DNA of 64,000 nucleotides from a virus: the IMG/VR virus record IMGVR_UViG_3300033121_001840, positions 17,652 through 81,651 of that record; one strand, 5' to 3'. Positions 9,320 through 19,493 of the stretch are shown here, piece after piece. Position numbers and translations under genes: made by a program. The notes under the pieces are model-generated. The model did no database searches. It was not told the origin of the DNA and saw nothing but the letters and a program-made list of their open reading frames with translations. The number at the start of each line of letters is the position of its first letter. Within the stretch, counting starts at the first letter, position 1.

Positions 9320-10026
9320 TTGGGTGCGGCTATATTGGTCAAGTCCTTAATGAACAATTGTATTTTGATGAGATTTACAACAGTAAGTCTATCGGAAAAA
9401 TATGCAGGAGAGAATTTAATGAAGTATGGTGTGCGGCTCCTTCAGGAACAAAGTGGCTAGCTAACAAGAATCATGAAGAGGATACACGTTCAGTATCGAA
9501 ACTTATTGATATTTTAAGCGCCGTCAAAGCTAAACGATTTATTCTGATATCTACCGTGGATGTATTTAGGCAACCAGCTTTTGCTGATGAAAATACTATT
9601 CCAAAACCGCTTGATTATTATGGTCAAAATAGACTCAGATTGGAAAAACATTTCTTTCAACAAGAAAATAGTTTGGTTGTTCGGCTTCCTGGCTTGGTCG
9701 GCGGAACCCCAAAAAAAGGACCGTTGTTTGACATTAAGAATCTTCACAGAGTCGAAGAACTAAATCCAGATAGCTACTATCAGTGGTATCCACTTAAACA
9801 TTTGGTGAAAGACTGTTTGCTTGCTATGAAGCTGAACCTTGGCTTGGCTCATTTTACCACGCCTCCAGTATCAATCAAGCATCTATGTGGAGTTTTCGGA
9901 AAAAATAATTTGATTGAGCATATGAAAGGCACAAACAAAGCAGTGTATTCCGTTAAGACAGTTCATAATCCATGGAATTATACGCGACAAGTTCCTTGGG
10001 ACGATTTATGCGAGGCAATAGGATGA
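9301..10026 (+). CDS. NAD-dependent epimerase/dehydratase-like protein
   Basis: ALIGCGYIG, LISTVDV, YGQNRLRLE, VRLPGLVG. Confidence 0.8.
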   Translation: MAPNALIGCGYIGQVLNEQLYFDEIYNSKSIGKICRREFNEVWCAAPSGTKWLANKNHEEDTRSVSKLIDILSAVKAKRFILISTVDVFRQPAFADENTIPKPLDYYGQNRLRLEKHFFQQENSLVVRLPGLVGGTPKKGPLFDIKNLHRVEELNPDSYYQWYPLKHLVKDCLLAMKLNLGLAHFTTPPVSIKHLCGVFGKNNLIEHMKGTNKAVYSVKTVHNPWNYTRQVPWDDLCEAIG

Positions 10027-10706
10027 AAATGTTTTTTACAGCGGATAGCGACATCAAGCTATTGTCATTTTTCTTGGAGCATTACAGAAAACTCGGATTT
10101 ACCGAGTTTTTCTGTTGTACAAACAATTGGTTCGTTGAAAACCATAAAGTGACTGTATTTAACTGGTTCCAATCAGAGCCATCTTATTTTGGTAGCTGGG
10201 ACGCCGCCTTTAATCGGATGATACACAATACCGTTTCTGATAATGAATGGTACGGTGTGGCTGAATTGGATGAATTCGCTGAGTACGACCGTGACATCTT
10301 CGATGTCGTTAAAGATTGCCAAGCAACTAGAAAAAGTCATGTTCTTGGCATCCTAAAAGACAGGGTTGCATCTGATGGCGGCTTACCGAAGCTTGACCTG
10401 AACGTCCCTCTTCATGTTCAGTTTCCTTCTACTTCTGAAATATCAACTAAGATATTGAAAGCATGTGACCAGAAGGTGATATTAGTTAAGGGTAAAAGGA
10501 ATATTTCGGTTGGCAAGCATAGTTTGATAGGCGATTCAGAATGTTTTAAGCAAAAATATTTGGTTTGGCATTTCAAATGGCATGAAAATGTGCTACAAAG
10601 AATGGCTGATAAAATCACCCATTCTTCAGATGATGGAACTGGTTGGATTGAAGGTAATAAGCGAGTTCTTGATTATTGGAATAAACACAGGAGTGTCATA
10701 TGCTGA
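10023..10706 (+). CDS. Putative glycosyltransferase (GT-A-like)
   Basis: FLEHYRKLG...ELDEF (DxD-like), HFKW; coupled to sugar-enzyme genes. Confidence 0.6.
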   Translation: MKMFFTADSDIKLLSFFLEHYRKLGFTEFFCCTNNWFVENHKVTVFNWFQSEPSYFGSWDAAFNRMIHNTVSDNEWYGVAELDEFAEYDRDIFDVVKDCQATRKSHVLGILKDRVASDGGLPKLDLNVPLHVQFPSTSEISTKILKACDQKVILVKGKRNISVGKHSLIGDSECFKQKYLVWHFKWHENVLQRMADKITHSSDDGTGWIEGNKRVLDYWNKHRSVIC

Positions 10707-10831
10707 TTCTTAATTGCTCATTCGTTATGTTTTTTTAGAGTTGTTTTTTTGTTTGTAATGATTATGTCGTTAATTTCTAGTGCTTTTTTCGCATATCTCT
10801 TCATCTGCCTTATTTTCGAGGAGTTTTTTTA

Positions 10832-11056
10832 ATGAAGACCATTAATCTTGCAGCTTTCAACGGCAAGCTCGTCAAGTTCAATTACGACGGAGGTAGCCAA
10901 AAGGGAAAACGAATTGTTTTGGTCCATGAAACCGTTGGAAATTTGATGACGGGTATTGACATGGACAAGATTCGCATCGAAGAATGTAAGGTAGTCGATG
11001 GTTTCAGGCGTTACCGCCTGGAAAACATCGTAAGTGACATCGAAGTTATTTCTTAA
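10832..11056 (+). CDS. Small WYL/SH3-like hypothetical protein
   Basis: FNYDGGSQKGKR...FRRYRLENI pattern. Confidence 0.5.
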   Translation: MKTINLAAFNGKLVKFNYDGGSQKGKRIVLVHETVGNLMTGIDMDKIRIEECKVVDGFRRYRLENIVSDIEVIS

Positions 11057-11078
11057 CACTAACATGAGCGGAGCGAAC

Positions 11079-12263
11079 ATGAGACAGCCTTCTCCATATC
11101 TAAAAAATGGTTTTTGGGTTACCTCGGCTGGCGGTGTGCCTCACCAGAAGCTTTGCGAAGAATCCAAAGGTAAGAAATTCGCCAAGCTTTGTCTGGCTCG
11201 CCTTTTAGTTACCCGAGCCGACCGCAGCCGTCAGAATATTCTGGGCGAGCCCGCCACGGTAGCCCAGGTGTACGAAGATTACCTAAACGTAAAGAAAGCT
11301 GAAAATGAAGAAGCTACCTATCTGGGCTATCGCGACTGCCTAGAACCGTTTTTCCAAAAATTCGCGTCTAGGCTGATTAACTCAATCACTTATGAAGAAG
11401 GTATCGAATACAAAAACTGGCTCATGAACGAAAAGGAATGGATGAAGGGCAAAGAATTGATGAAAGGAGTCGGGCCAGCCAGAACAAACAAATGTATTCG
11501 GGTGGTGAAAACCATGTTCAATTGGGCTTCCAAACCTTCCCGCCGAGCCAGGTACGGTCTCGCTGAAAATACTTGGCAGGAAATCAGAGTAGAGACGGAG
11601 CAGCCGCGTGAGCGTCTTATTACGTCTGAAGAGTTTGACCACCTTCTTCAGCAATGTAGTGACGGAAGCGTGAGCGGTGCCAAAAACGATTTTTTTGAAC
11701 AACTAATGGTTATTCGATATACCACAATGCGACCGCAAGAGCTTCGCAAGTTGCGGTGGGAATATATCTCGTTCGAAACCAATCGTATTATCTTCCCTGC
11801 TCAACACGTCAAAACCAAAAGGCGGCGTGAGACGACAATGATTGATGTTGTAGTAGCCACACTTCGCGAAAGAAAGGCTCGCCTGGAATCTCGTTGGCTT
11901 AAAGCCGTAGGCTATGTTTTCCCTCGTCCAGAGAAGGTTAATGGAGTGATGGTGGCTGTAGAAGCTGGTGAGAAAATACAGCAAGGACATTCTTTGTCTC
12001 AGCGATTCCGCCGTCTTTTTGACCGGTGTGTCGAAAAGGGGCTGATTGAAAAGGAAAAGGTTGGCGAGCGAATTTGCCTTTACAACAGCCGTCATACTCG
12101 AATAACTGAATTATTCGTCGAAGGTAACGAGCATCATATTGTCATGCATGAAGCTGGACATGTCACGCCTCAAACTACGCAGCGATACAAGCACCTGGCC
12201 GGTTCGTTCGTTGGAGAACAAATTCGGGCTCGGGACAGCCATAAAAAGGTGGAGGAAAAATGA
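11079..12263 (+). CDS. Tyrosine recombinase/integrase
   Basis: Catalytic R (TMRPQEL), K (KTKRR), YxxR variant of HxxR (YNSRHT), AGH and Tyr nucleophile (TQRY). Confidence 0.9.
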   Translation: MRQPSPYLKNGFWVTSAGGVPHQKLCEESKGKKFAKLCLARLLVTRADRSRQNILGEPATVAQVYEDYLNVKKAENEEATYLGYRDCLEPFFQKFASRLINSITYEEGIEYKNWLMNEKEWMKGKELMKGVGPARTNKCIRVVKTMFNWASKPSRRARYGLAENTWQEIRVETEQPRERLITSEEFDHLLQQCSDGSVSGAKNDFFEQLMVIRYTTMRPQELRKLRWEYISFETNRIIFPAQHVKTKRRRETTMIDVVVATLRERKARLESRWLKAVGYVFPRPEKVNGVMVAVEAGEKIQQGHSLSQRFRRLFDRCVEKGLIEKEKVGERICLYNSRHTRITELFVEGNEHHIVMHEAGHVTPQTTQRYKHLAGSFVGEQIRARDSHKKVEEK

Positions 12264-12571
12264 AAATTTCTTTGACGTATCCTAAGTATGAAAAGCGGGA
12301 AATTGACGTACAGTTTCCTATTTATCGAAAACATGTTTTTGATAGCTCTACAAGCTATACAAAAATAACCGAAGATTTACGAGCAATAACAGTTGATGTT
12401 TTTGAAGACAAACGAAAGGTTGAAGTTGAAGTCGAAGACCGTTACAATTTTGGCTGGTCTGACCCTTCATATCACCTCGGCGAAGGCCAGTACCGCTCAT
12501 CGGAACGTGAATTTCAAGATGCGTTGAGTCAGGCGATTGATTTGATTGATTCGATAAGAACTGGAGATTAA
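12260..12571 (+). CDS. Hypothetical protein
   Basis: ATGA overlap with integrase stop; GGAGG RBS. Confidence 0.65.
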   Translation: MKISLTYPKYEKREIDVQFPIYRKHVFDSSTSYTKITEDLRAITVDVFEDKRKVEVEVEDRYNFGWSDPSYHLGEGQYRSSEREFQDALSQAIDLIDSIRTGD

Positions 12572-12789
12572 TCATGTATTATGATGAACGTGAAGCAGCT
12601 GCTGCTGTGTGTAACATAGATAATGCTGTTTTGCAACTTGAGGTTTTCTTCCGTAAAAGGAAAGCGGCCATCCCTATGATTGAAGATATTATACATACTC
12701 TTAGGGATGGAGGATTGGAACAAAGAGATGTTTTTCGATGCCATCTATTTGAGTCGTTGCTGAACCATTTAATTAACCTGGGATAAAAA

Positions 12790-13086
12790 ATGTTCGATAA
12801 AACACTTCTAAAGCAAAAACTTAATCTAACGATTGACGAATTGAACGAACATTCTCTTCAGGAATTTCGTGAAGCTCGACCAGACATGATTGGTACCGAG
12901 CATGATAAACCAGGGGGCTTTATGGCGAAGCCGTGGAATGAATTCATGTCTCAATATAAAGACGGCGACGAAATTTGGATTTTCGAGACGCCAAGCTGGA
13001 CTTGGGCGTCTCTTTGTGGTCGTGCGGGGTATGTGATAATGAGAAACGGCGAATATGTAGCCGGTTTTTGTACAAAAATGAATTAA
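12790..13086 (+). CDS. Hypothetical protein
   Basis: 98 aa; W.SL.GRAGY.I.R.G motif. Confidence 0.7.
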   Translation: MFDKTLLKQKLNLTIDELNEHSLQEFREARPDMIGTEHDKPGGFMAKPWNEFMSQYKDGDEIWIFETPSWTWASLCGRAGYVIMRNGEYVAGFCTKMN

Positions 13087-13094
13087 GGTGAAAA

Positions 13095-14114
13095 ATGGTG
13101 GCTTCAGCTGTTATTTCTGGTTTGAACGCATTTGCAACGCTGGTCGGCTCGGTTAACTCGACCGACACAGTAATTAATGTGTCTTCGGCATCTACCTACG
13201 CTGCTGGTGATGTTGTTAAGATTGACAACGAACAAATTCTGATTAGCTCGATTGGCCCAGGTCAGTTTTTAGGGTGTATTCGTGGATACAACAGCACGAC
13301 TCCAGCATCACATGCCGGAAGCTCTCAAGTGTATTACTGGGCTCCTGGCCCATCCAATACTCAAATTTACGTCAACTCCACTTCTCAGTTTCCTTGGCCT
13401 ATCATGTTCTCTTACGTTATTAAAATTGACGATGAGCAGATGAAGGTTGTCGGGGGAGGCAGCATAGCATTTACCGTGATTCGCGGTTTCAACGGAACAA
13501 CTCCTTCATCTCACGAGAACGGTGCCTCTGTCGCGCTCGTTGACTGGATTTGGCTGAATCAGATATGCGGAGCCACAATTGAAAGCAACTCGAACGGCGA
13601 GTATTTGACTTCGCAGTCTGCTTTTGGCGGCGTTCACAAGCTTATCGGTAGAATTTCTGGTATTAGCTTACCAGCTTCGCCTTTTAATATTGTTACGAAG
13701 CTAGGCGTTCTTTTCCCGAAAAACCAGTTTTTTGGAGCTGGAATTTTCTTCCGCGAATCATCGACTGGTAAAATTCTCAGTCTTCACTTTCAAAACAATG
13801 GCTTAATATCTAGCTCTGAAGGATTCGTTACGATGTACGTATTTAAGTACAATAATGAAAATTCTTGGAGAACGGATATTCCTATGGCAATAGACTGTAA
13901 TTTATGGCCCGTTAATAGCTCGTATTTCAGAATGGGAGTTAATGGCTCGAATATGACGTTTGGAGCTGGCGTTGACGGGCTGCATTTTCAAGATGTGTAT
14001 TCTGAAGCGAAAAATACGTTTTTCACAAACGGGCCAGACCAGGCCGGTTTTTATATTGACCCGCACAGTCAGGTTGGCGGTTGCAATTTGTCTCAATGGA
14101 CGATGACGAACTAA
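13095..14114 (+). CDS. Virion/tail-fibre-like protein with two internal repeats and a beta-sandwich C-terminus
   Basis: Repeated KIDNEQ..RGYNSTTPASH / KIDDEQ..RGFNGTTPSSH; Ser/Thr/Gly-rich. Confidence 0.6.
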   Translation: MVASAVISGLNAFATLVGSVNSTDTVINVSSASTYAAGDVVKIDNEQILISSIGPGQFLGCIRGYNSTTPASHAGSSQVYYWAPGPSNTQIYVNSTSQFPWPIMFSYVIKIDDEQMKVVGGGSIAFTVIRGFNGTTPSSHENGASVALVDWIWLNQICGATIESNSNGEYLTSQSAFGGVHKLIGRISGISLPASPFNIVTKLGVLFPKNQFFGAGIFFRESSTGKILSLHFQNNGLISSSEGFVTMYVFKYNNENSWRTDIPMAIDCNLWPVNSSYFRMGVNGSNMTFGAGVDGLHFQDVYSEAKNTFFTNGPDQAGFYIDPHSQVGGCNLSQWTMTN

Positions 14115-14377
14115 TTTTTTCGATGCAAACTAAAAGGAAGCGATGTTTGACGAGCGGGACTAATTGGCCCGCTCTCAAGCCTCTTCATCAAATTCCTGAT
14201 TTCATCTTTTGCAATTCTGTAAATTGGTCGGTCTGGCGTGCCAACGTTCGAGCAGGGTAGGACGCCTTGAACAATCCAATCCCGAACTTTGTCAGTGCTA
14301 AGACCAACAAATTTTGCAGTTTCTTTAACTGAAAAATAGTTTTGCTCAACAGAAATTTCTTGTAATTGTGTGTTCAT
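14111..14377 (-). CDS. Excisionase-like HTH DNA-binding protein
   Basis: FSVKETAKFVGLSTDKVRDWIVQGVLP...YRI (HTH_17 pattern). Confidence 0.8.
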   Translation of the reverse strand: MNTQLQEISVEQNYFSVKETAKFVGLSTDKVRDWIVQGVLPCSNVGTPDRPIYRIAKDEIRNLMKRLESGPISPARQTSLPFSLHRKN

Positions 14378-14433
14378 TACTATATAATATCAGAAGATGA
14401 TAGCATTGTCAAAGTAATTTATAGGGAGTACGT

Positions 14434-14979
14434 ATGGAATTTTTGTTTCGCCACTTAAATAAAAGCGATATGGCGTCGGTTCTCGCGATAGAAGATGCCT
14501 GGAACACTTACATCAAAGAAGACATCGACTTTGGTAAGCTAGTGCTGAAAACCGGATGGGCGATTGAGAGCTTTGATATCGGCGAAGTTGCCAAGACAAA
14601 AGCCAGTCTGATGGTTATTGAGTCGAACAAAAAGATTGTTGGTTTTTTCATTTTTGACTCATCTAATTTAGCTATCGATTTAGACCATTTCTCTCTAAAC
14701 CCTTCTCTGCCCAAAGAAAACCAAGTCGAAGCCGTCAACCAGGTTATTAGACTTCTGAAGAAAAACGCATCAAAAGAGCGTATTGGCAAACTGATAACGT
14801 ATTTCGTAAGAGACCGCGAAGAGGCTCATATTCGAACAATACTTCCATGCTTTATGAAGGCCGGATTCAACGTATCGCTCGCTCGGGACCATTTCGACGG
14901 AGACACGGATGGCTGGAAATGTACTTTTCAGGTGCCATCCGTGGGGAAATCAGACAATATGGAGTTGACGTGTCCATAG
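14434..14979 (+). CDS. GNAT-like protein
   Basis: RHLNKSDMASVLAIE start, IVGFFIF, C-terminal AGF...DG as in RimI-like acetyltransferases. Confidence 0.5.
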   Translation: MEFLFRHLNKSDMASVLAIEDAWNTYIKEDIDFGKLVLKTGWAIESFDIGEVAKTKASLMVIESNKKIVGFFIFDSSNLAIDLDHFSLNPSLPKENQVEAVNQVIRLLKKNASKERIGKLITYFVRDREEAHIRTILPCFMKAGFNVSLARDHFDGDTDGWKCTFQVPSVGKSDNMELTCP

Positions 14980-14993
14980 GGACATGCTATAAT
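14965..14993 (+). promoter_or_regulatory. Sigma70-type promoter with palindromic operator in the spacer
   Basis: TTGACG-17-TATAAT; spacer contains TGTCCATAGGGACA. Confidence 0.7.
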
Positions 14994-15391
14994 GAGCATA
15001 TGACGTTATCAGAAAAACGAACGTGGACGCATAATATGGCTACCGAAATAGCTGTTAAGCAAGGCGTTCGTATAAATAAAAACCTGTTTTTTCAATTTCT
15101 TGACTACTATCTTGGCGATGTAAGTGGTTGTCCAGGTGTGTCTAACGTAACAAAATGGGTAAAGATGTACGATAGCACATTTAATAACACAGAAAGACAG
15201 TCTTATGCCAATGATGGTGATGGCTGACTTTACCTCTCTTGTTGTTTCGGTTTACCTTGTTGGGCTAGGCTTGGGAATTCTGCTCTCGATACAGGTTATG
15301 TTGCAGCTTTGGCTGATTCGCCTGTTTAATACGCCGAGTGTTCGGCTTACTTACGACTGGGACGACGAAAACGATTATTGGAGGACCGACC

Positions 15392-15829
15392 ATGAAGATG
15401 ATGTATGCAAAACGCCTGATTAAGCTTGTGAATTTTCTAAGTGAAATACCGTCGAAAAAATTCTATTATGGAAATTTTGCAAAAGAAACCAAGACGTGCG
15501 GAACGGTTTGTTGTGCATTAGGTTGGGCTGGTATGATGCCAGAATTTCGAAAACTCGGTTTGCGAACTTACGCTCCAAATAACGAAGTTACTCTTGAAGG
15601 CGTAAATTCAACAGAATGCAGAATTGCAGAAATATTTTTTGATTTAACCGCAGATGAATCTTTCGGATTATTTATTCCTGGTTTTCAAAAAGATATTGGT
15701 TTTAAAAATCTCACAGATAAGGCTAAGTTGAAAACTGTAATGAATAATATCGTCGCGGTCGTAGAGCGATACCACGATGTTAAGTTAAGTCATGATGAAT
15801 ATGAAGTCGTAAGCAGGAAAGTGAAATGA
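15392..15829 (+). CDS. Hypothetical phage protein
   Basis: CGTVCCALGW motif; ATG after GGAGG. Confidence 0.7.
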   Translation: MKMMYAKRLIKLVNFLSEIPSKKFYYGNFAKETKTCGTVCCALGWAGMMPEFRKLGLRTYAPNNEVTLEGVNSTECRIAEIFFDLTADESFGLFIPGFQKDIGFKNLTDKAKLKTVMNNIVAVVERYHDVKLSHDEYEVVSRKVK

Positions 15830-16641
15830 TAAATTCAATTCTACCATACTACGGTTGCAAGCGAGAACAAGCCAAGGGGTTGAATGAGCTATTTGGCGAG
15901 CATAGTGCGTGGTGGGACTTGACCTGTGGTTCGTTAGCCGTTTTATTTGGTAAAACAAAAAGTCGCGTCGAAGTCGTCAACGACATTAACTTAGGCGTTA
16001 CTAACTTAGCTTTAGTTGTTCAACACGATGACTTCTCCTGCAAACTCTTCGATAAATTACAAAGAACGATTTTTTCTATCGATATTTTTGAGGACGCTCG
16101 GGAATACCTTGTTAACTACAAAAGAAATTTATCTGTTGGAATATGCTTAACTCACGCCTACCATTATTTTGTTTTCTCGTGGATGTCCCGAAATGGTTTT
16201 ACTGGCACTGAAAAAGAACTTGGGCTTGGGCTTTGTAAAAGATTCACGTCGAACGGTGGTGACCCAGCGGTCAGGTTCCGTAATGCTGTAATGTCAATAC
16301 CTGAATGGTGGGAACGATTACAAGGCGTTCAAATTCTTCGTGAAGACTGCATTAAGTTAGCAAACAAAATCGAAGATAAGGTTGGGACGGTTATTTATGT
16401 TGACCCACCTTATATCGAGAAAGACTGTAATTATTTGGTGGAATTTTCGAATGAGAAACACGTTGAGTTGGCTAACGCACTGTGTCGGTTTAAGAAAACA
16501 AAAGTTTTTGTTTCATATTATGACCATCCAGTAGTTCGCCAGCTATATAAATACTGGAACATCATTGAAAAGACAACTAAGAAAAAAGTTAGTGCTTCAG
16601 GCCAATCCAAGGTCGAAGAAATTGTTTTGGTGAATTTATGA
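15826..16641 (+). CDS. DNA adenine methyltransferase (Dam/D12 class)
   Basis: PYYGCK, GSLAV, EVVND, YVDPPY motifs. Confidence 0.9.
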   Translation: MINSILPYYGCKREQAKGLNELFGEHSAWWDLTCGSLAVLFGKTKSRVEVVNDINLGVTNLALVVQHDDFSCKLFDKLQRTIFSIDIFEDAREYLVNYKRNLSVGICLTHAYHYFVFSWMSRNGFTGTEKELGLGLCKRFTSNGGDPAVRFRNAVMSIPEWWERLQGVQILREDCIKLANKIEDKVGTVIYVDPPYIEKDCNYLVEFSNEKHVELANALCRFKKTKVFVSYYDHPVVRQLYKYWNIIEKTTKKKVSASGQSKVEEIVLVNL

Positions 16642-16830
16642 TTGAGTACATAGAAGATAACGCGGAAAACTCCTGGAATCTGTCTTATTATGGTTTCTGT
16701 GGTGAGGGCTTTTATTTTTGGGACGAGACTGAAGCTTGTTGCTATGGGCCATATTCCACCAGGGACGAGGCTCAGAAATCGCTTGAAAAATATATCGAAC
16801 GACTAAATGTTTCTCGAAGGGAAATTCTCG

Positions 16831-17349
16831 ATGTCTAAAATAATTGAATTATTAGATAGCACAACAAGATGTAACTACGAACTCAAGGAAAAAATCAACC
16901 TTTCGACGTACAGCTATATTCTTGGAGACACCCAGATAGAATGTATGTCTAATGATGAAGTCGTCGATTTTCTTCAATGGATTACTCAAGGTGAAATCGA
17001 AATAGAACGTAACGCGGCTGAAAAATCAACCGCGAGTTCTAGCTACTCTGTCAATGTGAGACGAGGGCCGTTTTGGATACATCTTGGAGGAATTACCGTT
17101 CCGCCTAAGCGAAAGCCAAGGCAAGGTTCGGGAAACTGGATGGAAAAAGCAATGGTTGCTATGTTAGAAAAGGGCATAAAAGAACGAGAAGATAAGAGAA
17201 AAGAGAATGGGTGCTTGTTTGCTGAATATAATAGCTTGCTAAGATATTGTTTGGTGAATAATCTACTTCCTCAAGATAAACATAACGAAATAACGAAGTT
17301 GATTGATTTGTACCAACCAGATTTTTTGGTTTATGGAGTGGATAAATGA
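16831..17349 (+). CDS. Hypothetical protein
   Basis: Long ORF coupled to neighbours. Confidence 0.55.
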   Translation: MSKIIELLDSTTRCNYELKEKINLSTYSYILGDTQIECMSNDEVVDFLQWITQGEIEIERNAAEKSTASSSYSVNVRRGPFWIHLGGITVPPKRKPRQGSGNWMEKAMVAMLEKGIKEREDKRKENGCLFAEYNSLLRYCLVNNLLPQDKHNEITKLIDLYQPDFLVYGVDK

Positions 17350-17630
17350 ATGCGCCAAATACCATTAAGGATAAAGCAATCAAAGATGGTCTTTGCATTG
17401 TGACTATCGGGCTCGACGGCAGGTATGCTGGCCGAGCCGGTTTTGAGTTTATTGGCCCAGCCTATGAAGAAGAAGTTGACCTGATTGAAGAATGTTATAA
17501 GAAATTGCTTGAACTAAGAAGAAAAAATAAGGCGAGCGGGCCAAGTTTGTCTCAAAGAACGATAAGCCGCGTCTCAATCTCTTGAAGAAAACATTTTTAA
17601 CAAAGGAAAATAAAATTGATTTTTCCAACA

Positions 17631-18002
17631 ATGAACGATAATAAAGACAATAGTTTTATGGTTATTACTATAGCGTTAATCGTGTTACTTTTTATTATCA
17701 TAACCCCATTTATCGGATGTGATGTTACTTATTCTGAAGGTTTCCGAGATGGCATCGTCCAAAAGTTTTCAAAAAAGGGAGTGTTTTTTAAGTCTTGGGA
17801 AGGTACGTTGATTCGCGACGGAATGGTTCAAAATAACGACTCGAACTTCTTATTTAGTGTGGGCGACAATGATGTCGCCCGTCAAATTCAAGAGTTGAAG
17901 CCGAATACTGTTGTTAGACTGCATTACACGCAAGTGTGGAAGAATTGCTCGGCATATCACGAGACTTCGTATCGAATAACAAAAATCGAAATAGTTAAGT
18001 AA
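17631..18002 (+). CDS. Membrane-anchored OB-fold-like protein
   Basis: N-terminal TM helix, YSEGFRDG..KFSKKG..KSWEG motif. Confidence 0.7.
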   Translation: MNDNKDNSFMVITIALIVLLFIIITPFIGCDVTYSEGFRDGIVQKFSKKGVFFKSWEGTLIRDGMVQNNDSNFLFSVGDNDVARQIQELKPNTVVRLHYTQVWKNCSAYHETSYRITKIEIVK

Positions 18003-18010
18003 AACAATCT

Positions 18011-18095
18011 GGAAGTGGTCCGGCTGGACGAGGAGATGGTTTTGAAAACTATTGTGGGCGAGAGCCCATTGCAGGTTCGAGTCCTGTCACTTCCG
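18011..18095 (+). tRNA. tRNA-Ser(TGA)
   Basis: Acceptor GGAAGTG/CACTTCC, loop TTTGAAA, long variable arm, TTCGAGT, G73. Confidence 0.9.
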
Positions 18096-18279
18096 TTTGA
18101 GTGGTCGCTATGAAAAACAAAAAAGAATTCGTTAAAAAAAATTGGTATTGCTTGCGGAATACAATGGATTAAGGACAATATAAAGACAAAAGCTACTTGG
18201 ACGAAGGCCGACTATGAAGAGTTTTACGAGCGGGATGTGTTGTACTTGATTAGGAATATAGAATACCTATTGGAATGTT

Positions 18280-18489
18280 GTGATGAAAAAGAAAATTTGC
18301 CTTGACTGTGATGGCACTGGTAAACAACACGCACTTTTTTGTCAAGGATGTTCAGATGGAAACGTTTGTCAGGGGTGGGGCTCGGAATGTGAGTATGTGG
18401 TCTGTCCGCAATGTGAAGGCACAGGCATAAGAAAACGACATAAGCAGGAAAGGGATAGATTAGATGAACGACAAGAAACCAATAGTTGA
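18280..18489 (+). CDS. DnaJ-type CxxCxGxG zinc-finger mini-protein
   Basis: CLDCDGTG and CPQCEGTG. Confidence 0.6.
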   Translation: MMKKKICLDCDGTGKQHALFCQGCSDGNVCQGWGSECEYVVCPQCEGTGIRKRHKQERDRLDERQETNS

Positions 18490-18719
18490 AGTTAAAGTTA
18501 CTGGTTTTCTTCCTATTTCATCAAAAGACGCTGAGATACTGGAATACATGACGAACATTAACGTAAAACTATACGCTAATCTTTTGGGTTCTAAGTACGA
18601 CGCTGATGAGTACACTCCTTTGCTGTTGCGTATCCGAGATGCAGCAAACCTAGTGATTCGGAAAAACAAGGCGGTTCAAGAAGCTGCTTCCAATTAATTT
18701 GGCGACCAAAGGGAGACAA

Positions 18720-19493
18720 ATGAGTTATTACAAATGTAAATGCGGCACCGCACACGGAAACGTCCATACCCCCTGGAATGAAAACAAATGTCCAACTTGT
18801 ATGTTATATCCAGAATTCTCGGTTTCTGGAGTTAAGATTCAGGTTGCGTTAACATTCGGAAACTGGTATGTTTATGAAGTTAAAAATGATGGAAGTTACA
18901 TGGTCGTGATGTCTTGCATGACAAAACTACCAACTTATGAGGAAATTGAATCGCAGGTGAATTATGGGAAGAGCAAAGAATTGCTCGTCAAAAAACAGGT
19001 TTCGGTAAAAATACCGTGTAAACACTTCAAAAACAATCGTTTTGATATCATACGTCATGCTGTATTTTCTTTAGAGAATGATTTTGGGAGTAAGTTTGAC
19101 GGAACGTTTTTTTTCCAGCTTGGTGATATTTTTAAAACTCTAGGCTTGACAGACGTAAAAGATTTTTCAACAATGCAAGTATATGGAGAATATCTTGTTC
19201 TGACGATTTCACAAGATTGCAAACTTCATGCTGAATTTGAGTATAAGGACGGACGAAGATTGAATGTAATTCGCGATGATACATTAAGCAAGGAAGCAAC
19301 ACAGTTGTTTATTCCGATGACTGGCGGGAACGGCCCAATATTTCCATGCGGATACATGCCGTCGATACAAATGGTTCCCGAGTCCGAATGCGAAACGAAG
19401 TCTCACTGTACATGTGACACTTTCCTGCTCATGCAATCCGGCTGCAAATGTGGGTTTTTCAAACTAGAAAAGGAAGCTTCAAAATGTCGCTAA
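18720..19493 (+). CDS. Cys-rich hypothetical protein
   Basis: Long ORF with CKCG, CPTC and C-terminal CTC..GCKCG. Confidence 0.6.
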   Translation: MSYYKCKCGTAHGNVHTPWNENKCPTCMLYPEFSVSGVKIQVALTFGNWYVYEVKNDGSYMVVMSCMTKLPTYEEIESQVNYGKSKELLVKKQVSVKIPCKHFKNNRFDIIRHAVFSLENDFGSKFDGTFFFQLGDIFKTLGLTDVKDFSTMQVYGEYLVLTISQDCKLHAEFEYKDGRRLNVIRDDTLSKEATQLFIPMTGGNGPIFPCGYMPSIQMVPESECETKSHCTCDTFLLMQSGCKCGFFKLEKEASKCR

